From assembly GCA_016839785.1 (NCBI GenBank), contig JAEOTQ010000177.1, positions 30,550 through 94,549 of the forward strand: DNA of 64,000 nucleotides, in the 5' to 3' direction. Of this stretch, positions 47,146-56,863 are shown piece by piece. Within the stretch, counting starts at the first letter, position 1. Each line of letters starts with the position of its first letter. The notes beneath the pieces were generated by a model. It saw only the letters and a list, made by a program, of their open reading frames with translations, did not search any database and was not told the origin of the DNA. The translations under genes and the position numbers were made by a program. Source of the stretch: Candidatus Hodarchaeota archaeon (GTDB lineage: Archaea > Asgardarchaeota > Heimdallarchaeia > Hodarchaeales > Hodarchaeaceae).

Positions 47146-48468
47146 ATGCCAGAATATGAATTTTTACTTCAAATAGGACTAATTTTAACAATTGGTGTTA
47201 TCGGTTCGGATGTTTTAAAGAAGATAAACTTTCCAGAAATTCTGGGGTTTCTTCTAGTGGGAGTTTTTCTCAATCTTTTTTTCATAATTAATGGACATGA
47301 AATTAATTTAACGGAGCTTTTGGATATTGTCGTTGCTGTTACCTTAGGGTTCATTGGATTCAATCTAGGTTCAGAAATCGATTGGAATACAATTAAAAAT
47401 ATGTCCACGAATATTATAATTATTCTACTCTTTGAATCTCTTCTCACATTTGCTGCTGTAACAGTAGTGGTTTATGCCTTATCATTCCCACTACATGTTG
47501 CGTTAGTTTTTGGTGCACTGGCATCGGCAACAGCACCTGCAGGAACTGCTGCAATATTCTGGGAAAATCATTGTATAGGGCCATTGACAACAGCAACAAT
47601 GTTCATACTTGCTCTAGATGATATTGTCGCGATTATATTAACAGACTTGGCAATGGATTATTCTACTATTGTATACAGTGGTCATGCTTTAAATCTCACA
47701 GAATTATTCTTACCCATAGTTTTTGATCTATCGGCTTCATTTATGTTAGGGATTACGGCTGGACTATTAATTGTTTATGCATTAAACCGAGTGGAAGATC
47801 ATGGACGATATGTAAGCCTCGTAGTTGGTTCTATCTTAATGTGTATCGGTGTTGCAAGCATTCTGAATATTTCTTACATTTTACCTACAATGGTATTCGG
47901 AATAACTGTTTCTAGTCTTTGTAAAAAGCCAGACATTGACTATCCAACAAAAAAGGTTTTACGGGAAGTACTCGGTTTATCCTCGCCAAAGTTAATGGAG
48001 ATTATCTATAATAAGAAGAAAAATGGAGAATTCAAGACTGAACCTCACCAGATATTTCATGAAGTATTTCGAATTTCAACCCCCATAATCGCTTTGTTCT
48101 TCATTCTAATTGGCATAAGTCTCGATTTAACCTCTTTATTTGATATAGGACTTATTGGAATAGTCTACATGCTCACTAGGACCCTTGCTAAGAGTGGTGG
48201 GGCATATTTTGGTGGAATTGTGGCTAAAGCGCAACCAGTAGTCCAGAAATATTTAGGCCTATGTCTGTTATCTCAAGCAGGAGTAGCGCTAGGACTGGCT
48301 GTTATTATTTCAGAACATTTTGCGCAATTTGGTACCGAAGCAGGAGCTCTCGGTATTTTCATCTTAAATACAATTACCGCTAGTACAATAATATTTCAAA
48401 TTTTTGGACCTGTCGCCATAAAATGGGCGATTGACAAATCAGGAGAGGGGAATGGTCAAAGCTGCTAA
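47146..48468 (+). CDS. Cation/proton-antiporter-like (CPA superfamily) membrane protein
   Basis: 440 aa with ~12 TM and a NapA/KefB-like helix pattern including discontinuous-helix Gly motifs (ALASATAPAGTAAIF). Weak family assignment. Confidence 0.45.
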   Translation: MPEYEFLLQIGLILTIGVIGSDVLKKINFPEILGFLLVGVFLNLFFIINGHEINLTELLDIVVAVTLGFIGFNLGSEIDWNTIKNMSTNIIIILLFESLLTFAAVTVVVYALSFPLHVALVFGALASATAPAGTAAIFWENHCIGPLTTATMFILALDDIVAIILTDLAMDYSTIVYSGHALNLTELFLPIVFDLSASFMLGITAGLLIVYALNRVEDHGRYVSLVVGSILMCIGVASILNISYILPTMVFGITVSSLCKKPDIDYPTKKVLREVLGLSSPKLMEIIYNKKKNGEFKTEPHQIFHEVFRISTPIIALFFILIGISLDLTSLFDIGLIGIVYMLTRTLAKSGGAYFGGIVAKAQPVVQKYLGLCLLSQAGVALGLAVIISEHFAQFGTEAGALGIFILNTITASTIIFQIFGPVAIKWAIDKSGEGNGQSC

Positions 48469-48496
48469 ATTAGTCATGACTTTTAATCCTCTGTTT

Positions 48497-50077
48497 TCAT
48501 GAGTTTAATCGATGATAGGCTTTCTTGTTATTCTTGTAAAGCAAGAGAAATTCTTTGAATATCCTGTCATACAATTTAACATTCTGAGGATTAGGAGTAA
48601 AGGTTTTAGAAACATGAATTAAGTGAGGTATTTCTTCAACTTTAATAAAGCCTAATGCGACCGAAGCGATAAAAGCCGCGCCTCGAGCATTCGCTTGGAT
48701 TGGATCTTTGATTTGTCTAATAGTGCGGTTTAGGACATCTGCGTAAATTTGACACCAGATATCTGATTTGGCACCTCCACCAATAATGTTAAGCGGATTT
48801 AATCGTCGCTTAGTAAATTTCTCAACATATTTTAACACCCAGCGACTATTATAAGCAACACCTTCAAATACAGCTCTTATAATCTCTTCTTTTTTAGTGG
48901 TCAAAGAAATATTAAAGATATTTCCTCTTAATTTATGATCTTCGACAGGTGTTCGTTCTCCATATAGCCAGGGAGTGAAAATTACTCCATTACTACCTGC
49001 AGGTACCTGTTCTACAAGCTTGTCAAACGATTGATAGACCTCTGAATTTCCATAGAGATCTTCATTGTCAGAATAAAAGATGTTATCACGTAGGAAGGTT
49101 AAACTGGCTCCAGCTGTTTCCTGTTCGTTCACTACAAAATACCTTCCTGGAATAACTGAAGGAATTGAAGCTATGTTATGACTGATATCTGTTTTCTTAT
49201 AGGGAACATGACAGATCAACCATGAACTTGTTCCAATATAGATATGACCCTGATAGTCGTTAATAGCTCCAGACCCGATGACCGCAGATTGGAGGTCAGG
49301 TGCGCCCATGGCTACTTTAACATCATGCTTTAACCCTAATTCATCAGCCACATCTGGTTTAATATCACCCAGGATAGAGGTGGGAGAATGGAGGTCAGGA
49401 AATTTATTTCTCTCAACTTTTAGTCGTTTAATCAGGCCTTCATCATAATGCACGTTGTCAATATTTCGGTTATTTGTTATCCAATGAAGAATGATAGAAG
49501 TTGTTGAAGCTGCAAATTTCCCAGTAAACTTCAAATTGAGGTAGTCAATACATTCAAGAAATTTGTAAGTCTTCTCATAAATTTCTGGGTATTTATATTT
49601 AATAAACAGAATATGGGAGATAGGATCCTTCCCAGAATGAGTTGGCGCTCCACCTGTCTTGTAAAGAAATCGAATAATATCTCTCAGCGGATATCCAGAA
49701 ATTTTAATTAATCCTCGAAAGACTTTTTCTTTCAAATATTTCGCTCCCCGAGCGTCCATCCATATTATAGCATTCATTAAGGGGTTTCCCTGTTCATCAA
49801 CTGCAACGGTTCCTGACCACTGAGAAGAGGAGGAAACAGCAATAATATCTTCAACTGGAACAATTTCTTTTGCTAATAATTCTTTTGATGTATTAAGAAT
49901 AGCTTGCCACCATTCATTTGGGTTCTGCTCTGCTCCTCCTTGATCCTGAAAATAAACAGGAGTATGTTCATACACGAAATCTAAAACTTCCCCGTGTGTT
50001 GAAACAAGGGCAGTTTTCATTCCAGATGTACCATGATCGATTGCTAGAACGTATTTCTTTGAGGAAGTAGATGTCAT
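48497..50077 (-). CDS. FGGY-family carbohydrate kinase
   Basis: LAIDHGTSGMKTALV (the phosphate-1 DxGT motif), GAPD..SAVIGSG, and C-terminal GGGAKS. Confidence 0.8.
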   Translation of the reverse strand: MTSTSSKKYVLAIDHGTSGMKTALVSTHGEVLDFVYEHTPVYFQDQGGAEQNPNEWWQAILNTSKELLAKEIVPVEDIIAVSSSSQWSGTVAVDEQGNPLMNAIIWMDARGAKYLKEKVFRGLIKISGYPLRDIIRFLYKTGGAPTHSGKDPISHILFIKYKYPEIYEKTYKFLECIDYLNLKFTGKFAASTTSIILHWITNNRNIDNVHYDEGLIKRLKVERNKFPDLHSPTSILGDIKPDVADELGLKHDVKVAMGAPDLQSAVIGSGAINDYQGHIYIGTSSWLICHVPYKKTDISHNIASIPSVIPGRYFVVNEQETAGASLTFLRDNIFYSDNEDLYGNSEVYQSFDKLVEQVPAGSNGVIFTPWLYGERTPVEDHKLRGNIFNISLTTKKEEIIRAVFEGVAYNSRWVLKYVEKFTKRRLNPLNIIGGGAKSDIWCQIYADVLNRTIRQIKDPIQANARGAAFIASVALGFIKVEEIPHLIHVSKTFTPNPQNVKLYDRIFKEFLLLYKNNKKAYHRLNS

Positions 50078-50099
50078 TTCTCAATTCTCCGTGAATTTT

Positions 50100-51320
50100 T
50101 CATATAGTAATTTTTTCGATATTTCCCTCTGCATCAATAGACTCGATAGTTAGAGGGGAGGATCCTCCACTAGCAGTTTCTAAACTAAGATGCTCTTGTA
50201 ATATCCCTAAAAATTCCATAGGATCCACACATGCCTCAGGGGGAAGGACTCCTTTATCAGTGACGAGTCCACGCTGTAACATGATTGCTCCAAAGGCCAC
50301 TGGCATTCCAGTACCCTCACCAAGTGCCTGATCAGCTGATGCAAGTGAAAATACAATTGTATGTTCTAAATCAGCTTTTTTTCCCTTAACAACAATTTTG
50401 ACACATCCACGTTGGGTACCAAAGTTGGATTCTTTTAGTATCCGTTCACGAGCATGAATTATGTACGATATTGCGAAATCAATTGGTTTAATTTTATCTC
50501 GAGTACCTTCAACATTAATCGGGGTTTCCTCATGCAGACCATTCTTCACCAAGTCAACAATTAAATAAAAATATTCAGGAGGAAGTACGGTTCCTTTATT
50601 GGTAACACGTTTCACATTCGGAATAAATTGAGGAATCGTAATCGTTTCAGGATGAGGATAGGGGTGTACACGGCAGATGCCTAATTTTTCGAACTCTACG
50701 TCCTCTTCTAAGGATTTGCCTTCATCACTGAAAAAATTAACAGTTTTAAAGCTTCCATCAATGAAAACAGGAATATCTGTTGTCATAGCATGGATTCGAT
50801 GGAAAATAACTCCTGGCCCTTCCGTGGGTTCCCCTCCATGAGCATGATACAAATCTATAGAATCAACCTCATCCAGTAAGTCAGTTGCAGCAAACCTAGC
50901 AAGAATATTAGTGACACCAGGAGAGCTACCTAATCCGATTATTGCAGATACTTCTGTAGCTTTTGCCTCGGAATGCATATTCAGTGCAAGTTGTGTTGCA
51001 TCAACATCATCGCTTACATCCACGTAATTTTTACCTGCTTGAATAGCAGCTTTAAGTACCAGAGGTCCATATTTATAAAAAGGGCCTATTGTATTAACTA
51101 CAACATCAAACTCTTTCAGAATGTCAACTAATCTATCAAAATTATTAACATCAATCTTTTGAAAAAAAATTTTCTCAGGATTGGTTTGAATTAATTCTTG
51201 CCCTTTATTGGAATTAATATCTCCAATTACAACCTCAGAAAAGTCAGGAAAGGCCGCAAGTGTCTTTATTGCAATACTTCCGACTACCCCACATCCCCCA
51301 AGACAGATTACCCTTGCCAT
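50100..51320 (-). CDS. Saccharopine-dehydrogenase-like NAD(P)-binding oxidoreductase
   Basis: N-terminal Rossmann motif VICLGGCGVVGS. Length ~400 aa, consistent with the Sacchrp_dh family. Confidence 0.55.
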   Translation of the reverse strand: MARVICLGGCGVVGSIAIKTLAAFPDFSEVVIGDINSNKGQELIQTNPEKIFFQKIDVNNFDRLVDILKEFDVVVNTIGPFYKYGPLVLKAAIQAGKNYVDVSDDVDATQLALNMHSEAKATEVSAIIGLGSSPGVTNILARFAATDLLDEVDSIDLYHAHGGEPTEGPGVIFHRIHAMTTDIPVFIDGSFKTVNFFSDEGKSLEEDVEFEKLGICRVHPYPHPETITIPQFIPNVKRVTNKGTVLPPEYFYLIVDLVKNGLHEETPINVEGTRDKIKPIDFAISYIIHARERILKESNFGTQRGCVKIVVKGKKADLEHTIVFSLASADQALGEGTGMPVAFGAIMLQRGLVTDKGVLPPEACVDPMEFLGILQEHLSLETASGGSSPLTIESIDAEGNIEKITI

Positions 51321-51615
51321 AAGTTATTTCTCCTAGGAATACAGTGAGTAGTTAATTAATCATTATCCCTTGAGAACTTTTTTAATAAAATATATCATCC
51401 TAGATCTTGCTCGCTTGTTATAGTAGAATTCAGAAATTTCTCTTGTACAAAAGATCTTTGTGATGGATTCATTCCCAAGCGAGCAACATTACTTTATCCA
51501 CATTAAATTTCACGAAATAATTCAAAATTTGTATAAAAGGAATCAAGATGTATTTTTGAGGAATAAATCTCCATCAGACAAAATTATATCACATTAACTT
51601 AAAGAAGGACAAATT

Positions 51616-51870
51616 ATGACAAGAACGATTGAAATTTTAGGGGGAGGATGTTCAAAATGCGAAGCTTTGACTAAAAGTGCTGAATCAGTGGTCGAAAAAC
51701 TCGGTTGGCAAGCAACAATTGTGCACATCACCGATATGGATGAAATTGTCGATAGAGGGATATTTACCACTCCCGCATTAGCATTGGATGGGGAAATTAT
51801 TGTATCAGGTCGGTATCTGCCTCCAAATCAACTCGAAACCCTTTTCCTCAAATATCCTACAAAAAAGTAA
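51616..51870 (+). CDS. Small thioredoxin-fold redox-active disulfide protein
   Basis: 84 aa with a GGGCSKCE (CxxC) active site early in the sequence. Confidence 0.6.
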   Translation: MTRTIEILGGGCSKCEALTKSAESVVEKLGWQATIVHITDMDEIVDRGIFTTPALALDGEIIVSGRYLPPNQLETLFLKYPTKK

Positions 51871-51882
51871 GTAATAGGGATT

Positions 51883-54294
51883 GTGATGTCTACCCAAAGC
51901 CTTAAGGCATCCATTCAGTCACTCATCCTCTCCCTATTCCCAATTGACCCAAGAGCAATTAGCGACCAACATTACACTGATATCCTATCTAAAATACAGA
52001 AAATCTGGAACTCTTACGAAAAAAAGCTACAGTCTGAGATAGAGGGCAAAAATAGAGATAATTTTGACAAAAACGAAATCCTCGGTCCCCGTGTCTACAA
52101 ATATTTATTCCAATATTTGGAAAAATTCCAAGAGGCACGAAAAAATCATTTTAAAAATGATTATCAGCCCCTTCACTGGTGGCCTAGTGCAGATGATGTC
52201 TTTCTGAGCAACCGAGTTCCTGCTTTCTCTCACACCTTCCGATTTCATGATTCGATGGTTTATTTTTCTTTGGAAGGATCATCGTTCAGGAAAAATGTCA
52301 AATATTCCCCAAGGAAGAAATATTATCTCTTATCTCCAACCCCCATTCAACAACAAGATTCATTGATCAGAATCGTGTTTCAACATAGACCACTTTCAGA
52401 GAATGAAACAGTTGAGATGGGAAAACAACCTAAACAAGAAAGAATTAATGATAAAATATTGAAAATACTTTGTGAAAAAATGAAAAAATTCCCTAATCTA
52501 GCAGATCTCGATTGGAATCAATACAATGAAGTTTTATCTTTTCATATCTCTTTATTCACTCAAAAAAATGACCCTATTATCTTACACAAGAATCTTTTAA
52601 CAAAATTTACAGCTTTAATCAATGATATTTGCTTACACAACTCATATAACGTTGCTTACCAAAACCGTCCTCCAAAACCAACAGAAAAGCAAGATATTCT
52701 CAAATTAAACGAGATTCATTCTTGGTTCTTATTGGAGGTAGCTAGGCTTCTTAGTTCATTCGAAGAATCCCTTCTGACTATTTGGGGGAAAAAAAGCCTA
52801 GTTTCTCAAACTGACTATATAATCTCTCTAGGAAAATTAATTGACTGGGTAGGAAGGGATTTTGTTGAAGAAATAGTAGATTTAATAATTGATAATGGCA
52901 AGCAGACAAAAGAATGGATTGATCTTTATAAAATTGACTTAAATACTATTAAAGAATATTTAGGAGATTCTAAACTCCAAAGAATTTTCTATATAGATAC
53001 AGGTCACTTTAACGATGATTTTAAAAGTAATTTACTGGATGCTTTACCTAAAGACCCCATACATGACCTTCTTGATGGTTACGTATACCGAAGTGATAAT
53101 TGGTATGCGTTAAATTCCCTAAGGGACCTGTGGGTTGGTAAAGTAAAATGTATTTATCTTGATCCCCCTTACAATACAGGAAACGATGATTTCATCTATA
53201 AGGACGACTTTTCTCGGTATGAGTGGATGGTTATGATGCGAAACCGTCTTGAACTTGCCAAATCTTATCTTTCAGAGGATGGAGTCATCATAATAAGTAT
53301 CGACGACAATGAAATGTATAATCTGAAATTATTGTTGGATGACATCTTTGACGATAACTCAATTGGGCCAATAATTGTACAAACCAATCCTCGTGGTCGT
53401 ACTTTAGATAAACACCTTGCCAAAACTCATGAATATCTCTTAATATATGCGATAAATAGAGACCATGTCAATACTTTGTTCAAAATTCCCAAGAATGAAT
53501 TTCAACTTGCCGAATACAATAAAATTGATGATGAGGGTCGTGCATATCGCTTAATTGAGCTCCGAAATAGAAATCCACGTTTTAATCGGACTAATAGGCC
53601 AAATCTATATTATCCTCTTTATACCAACAAAAACTCCTTTCAAATCTCGTTAACGCAATCAGCTAATTTTCCTATAGAGATCTTGCCAAAAACAAGTCGT
53701 AATTCCGATGATTGCTGGACCTGGAGCAAAGAAAAGACGCTTGCTAATCTAGATATCTTGGTTTCAAAAAAAGTTTCAACAGGTGCTTGGCGGGTCTTCA
53801 GAAAGAACTACTTAGATAAAAAGGGGGATTCATCAACCACAAAAGAAAAATCCATCTGGATAGAGGGTTATTTGAGCAATGAAAGAGGAAGGGAACAATT
53901 ACGTGACTTATTTGGATCGCATACTCATGATTATCCGAAATCTGTTGACTATATAGAACGCATTATTCAATTAGCCACAAATGATAATCATATGATTATG
54001 GATTTTTTTGCTGGATCAGGGACAACAGCCCATGCAATAATGCACTGTAATCAGAAGAACCATACAAAGAATAAATTTATTCTTATTGAGAAGTCCCACC
54101 AATTCCAAGATGTTATTTTACCGAGGATTAAAAAACTCTCATATTCTTATCAGTGGAAAAACGGATATCCACTTAATAAAAGTGGCGAAGGAGTATTCAT
54201 TCAGTACCAAATATTAGAACAACCCATGGAGGAAGTTTTTACTAAAGTTAATCTGAAGAATTTTCAATCAGGAACTAAAATGAAGTATACATAA
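51883..54294 (+). CDS. Beta-class DNA amino-methyltransferase (N6-adenine or N4-cytosine) with a ~400-aa N-terminal extension
   Basis: Motif IV IYLDPPYNTG, followed ~280 aa later by motif I MIMDFFAGSGTTAHA. The IV-to-I order matches Type III Mod-like and Type II beta methyltransferases. Confidence 0.75.
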   Translation: MMSTQSLKASIQSLILSLFPIDPRAISDQHYTDILSKIQKIWNSYEKKLQSEIEGKNRDNFDKNEILGPRVYKYLFQYLEKFQEARKNHFKNDYQPLHWWPSADDVFLSNRVPAFSHTFRFHDSMVYFSLEGSSFRKNVKYSPRKKYYLLSPTPIQQQDSLIRIVFQHRPLSENETVEMGKQPKQERINDKILKILCEKMKKFPNLADLDWNQYNEVLSFHISLFTQKNDPIILHKNLLTKFTALINDICLHNSYNVAYQNRPPKPTEKQDILKLNEIHSWFLLEVARLLSSFEESLLTIWGKKSLVSQTDYIISLGKLIDWVGRDFVEEIVDLIIDNGKQTKEWIDLYKIDLNTIKEYLGDSKLQRIFYIDTGHFNDDFKSNLLDALPKDPIHDLLDGYVYRSDNWYALNSLRDLWVGKVKCIYLDPPYNTGNDDFIYKDDFSRYEWMVMMRNRLELAKSYLSEDGVIIISIDDNEMYNLKLLLDDIFDDNSIGPIIVQTNPRGRTLDKHLAKTHEYLLIYAINRDHVNTLFKIPKNEFQLAEYNKIDDEGRAYRLIELRNRNPRFNRTNRPNLYYPLYTNKNSFQISLTQSANFPIEILPKTSRNSDDCWTWSKEKTLANLDILVSKKVSTGAWRVFRKNYLDKKGDSSTTKEKSIWIEGYLSNERGREQLRDLFGSHTHDYPKSVDYIERIIQLATNDNHMIMDFFAGSGTTAHAIMHCNQKNHTKNKFILIEKSHQFQDVILPRIKKLSYSYQWKNGYPLNKSGEGVFIQYQILEQPMEEVFTKVNLKNFQSGTKMKYT

Positions 54295-54333
54295 AAAAAA
54301 GGGGGAAGATAACTAAGCTTGATGTTTCAAAGC

Positions 54334-54714
54334 TCAGAATATACTTAATCCACCAAAAATAATTAAACATAATGCTGCAACCGAAACAACACGGAACCAG
54401 ATATTTTTGGACTCATCAAAGCAGACAGCAGCAAAAGATAACCCTGAGCATAGCCTGACAATTGCCCAGAGAAGCGCGTTAATCAAAGCAAAAAGTGGTC
54501 CTATTCCCTTAATGTAGATAAGATTTTTTGCCCCCACTACACCTGATCCAAGAATGTACGCATCTGCACCAGTTAGTACTCCAAAATTGTCATAAACGGG
54601 AACCACCCCAAACAATAGGGTAAGAAAGTATGCTATGACTGCTATCATTAATAAGACTGTACTCATCCTAGTAATTCGATTTGAAACTTTAGTTAATTGT
54701 TCTTCTGCACTCAT
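54334..54714 (-). CDS. Small membrane protein (4 TM), hypothetical
   Basis: Hydrophobic helices throughout its 126 aa. Confidence 0.4.
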   Translation of the reverse strand: MSAEEQLTKVSNRITRMSTVLLMIAVIAYFLTLLFGVVPVYDNFGVLTGADAYILGSGVVGAKNLIYIKGIGPLFALINALLWAIVRLCSGLSFAAVCFDESKNIWFRVVSVAALCLIIFGGLSIF

Positions 54715-54873
54715 ATTTAGTACCTCAAAGGTTTTTTACAATTTTCATACGAAAATTGAATAAAGTAGCTGAGAAAGTACGAATTAATAAATATTTACCA
54801 AGAGATTTAAGAAACTACAAACTACACATAGGAAAGTACCTGATTAATGTGATGAAGAAGAAAAAAGAGAAGA

Positions 54874-56862
54874 TTATGGATGAAATTTTTCTCTGAGCTT
54901 CTCTCGCTCTTCAGGACTCATCTTCTCAAACCGCTCTTTCATACTCTTACGATCTTCCACACTCATATTAGCGTGCATAGACATCATTGAACCCCCAGAT
55001 TCAGCCATAATTGGTGAAGAAACGGGAGTAGCTAAAACATCAGGGGCTTTCCGAACATCCTTTAATTCCTCCACACCTTGATGACTATAATATGTATAGT
55101 ACAACTCAGAATACACACCATCTTTTACTAATAATTCCTCATGTGAACCTAGTTCTACGAGTAACCCTTTTTCAAATACTGCAATACGATCGACATCCCG
55201 AATCGTGGTTAAACGATGAGCAATGACAAAAGTCGTACGTCCTTCGAAAAGAGCTTGTTGTGCAAGCTGAACGAGACTTTCTGAGTATGCATCCAATCTA
55301 GACGTTGCTTCATCAAGTACAAGAATCTTAGGATTGGCTAACATTGTCCTAGCGATGGTAATCATTTGTCTCTGTCCACTACTTAACCCCTTACCACTTT
55401 CTTGTAGCATTGTGTTATAACCATCAGGGAGGGCATCTATAAAATCATCTGCCCCGATGAGTTTACACAATTCATAAATTTCATTATCAGAAACTTCTGT
55501 ATTCCCGTATCGAATGTTTTCTAAAACAGTATCAGCAAAGAGATATGGTTCTTGAGGTATTAGGCCGATTGACCGTTGTAAGCTTTCAAGAGTTACATCT
55601 TTTAGATTCTGATTACCAATATAAATCTCTCCACTTGTGGGATCATAGAAACGAGTAATGAGTGCAGCAAGTGTAGTTTTGCCTGCTCCAGTATGTCCTA
55701 CAATCGCAATTTTTTCGCCTTGATTTACGGTAAATGAGACATCTTGAAGTACTGGAGTACCCTTCACATACTCGTAGGTGACATTATCGAATTTCAGGCT
55801 AGTATCGTCCAAAGAAATCTCCTTCGCATCAACTTTGGTTGTAACATGTGGCACTTGTTCTAGGACATCAGTCACTCGATCCATTGCAGCCAAACTGGAT
55901 TGTAATTGAGGATAAAACATCGACATATGGAGTATGGGACTTAGAAATCGCTGAACCAATACAGTTCCAAGATAAATCTGTCCGAAACTTATTGCACTTG
56001 CGGGTAACCAACCACCTACAATAAGAGTTAACGAAACAAGGATTATCGAAACCACGGAGACAGCAGGGAACAAAAAATTGAAAAGTGCACCTAGTTGTTT
56101 GAAATAATTGTAAGTCCGCATATTCAAATCATACAGAACAGAAGACGACCATTCCTCTCTGTTAAATGATTTTGCAATTGAAACACCTGCTAAACTTTCA
56201 GCCATTTGGCCAGAAACTTCTCCATAACTTTTTCTCGTCTTATACATAATTCTTCGTCCATAACCACCCAAGAACATCGCAAGAAAGAATGCAAATGGTA
56301 TTGCTAGTAATGCTATTCCCGCAATAATCCAGCTCGTCATAAGAAGCAAAACAAAGGTCCCAACTGTAAGTAAGAGTTGGGAACTTGCTTGGGTGAATAC
56401 TGTTAATCCTGTAGCTAATTCATCTGTATCACTAGTCACTCGACTGGTTACATTTCCAGATTGCTCCTTTTTGTGATAAGACATATCAGCTTTGACTAAA
56501 TGACTGAAAACATCTTTTCTCACATCATGTAACATATTAGCTTTGACTCTCGCCAAGATATATGTATTAACTGCATTAGTAAACCATACAAAAAGTGAAA
56601 TCCCCAGAAAAACATAAAATAATATAGTTAGGAATTCTACATTTGGTGAAGCATTTTCAACAGCAGCGTCGAGTCCTGAACTTATAATCAACGGCGATAT
56701 GATTTGACCAAGGGTTGAAACTAGAATTAACAATCCTGAAAAAAGAACCCAAAATTTAAATTTGCCTAAATACCCCCAAAGTCTGCCTAATAGCTGTTTT
56801 GTAGGACGAGTCTTCTTAGCTGACTCCATCATAAATCTACCAGGTCCGCGACCGTGCCCCAT
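54874..56862 (-). CDS. ABC exporter, fused permease-ATPase (half transporter, MsbA/MdlB-like)
   Basis: Six N-terminal TM helices. Walker A GHTGAGKTT, signature LSSGQRQ, Walker B LVLDEAT. C-terminal charged extension. Confidence 0.85.
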   Translation of the reverse strand: MGHGRGPGRFMMESAKKTRPTKQLLGRLWGYLGKFKFWVLFSGLLILVSTLGQIISPLIISSGLDAAVENASPNVEFLTILFYVFLGISLFVWFTNAVNTYILARVKANMLHDVRKDVFSHLVKADMSYHKKEQSGNVTSRVTSDTDELATGLTVFTQASSQLLLTVGTFVLLLMTSWIIAGIALLAIPFAFFLAMFLGGYGRRIMYKTRKSYGEVSGQMAESLAGVSIAKSFNREEWSSSVLYDLNMRTYNYFKQLGALFNFLFPAVSVVSIILVSLTLIVGGWLPASAISFGQIYLGTVLVQRFLSPILHMSMFYPQLQSSLAAMDRVTDVLEQVPHVTTKVDAKEISLDDTSLKFDNVTYEYVKGTPVLQDVSFTVNQGEKIAIVGHTGAGKTTLAALITRFYDPTSGEIYIGNQNLKDVTLESLQRSIGLIPQEPYLFADTVLENIRYGNTEVSDNEIYELCKLIGADDFIDALPDGYNTMLQESGKGLSSGQRQMITIARTMLANPKILVLDEATSRLDAYSESLVQLAQQALFEGRTTFVIAHRLTTIRDVDRIAVFEKGLLVELGSHEELLVKDGVYSELYYTYYSHQGVEELKDVRKAPDVLATPVSSPIMAESGGSMMSMHANMSVEDRKSMKERFEKMSPEEREKLREKFHP

Positions 56863-56863
56863 C

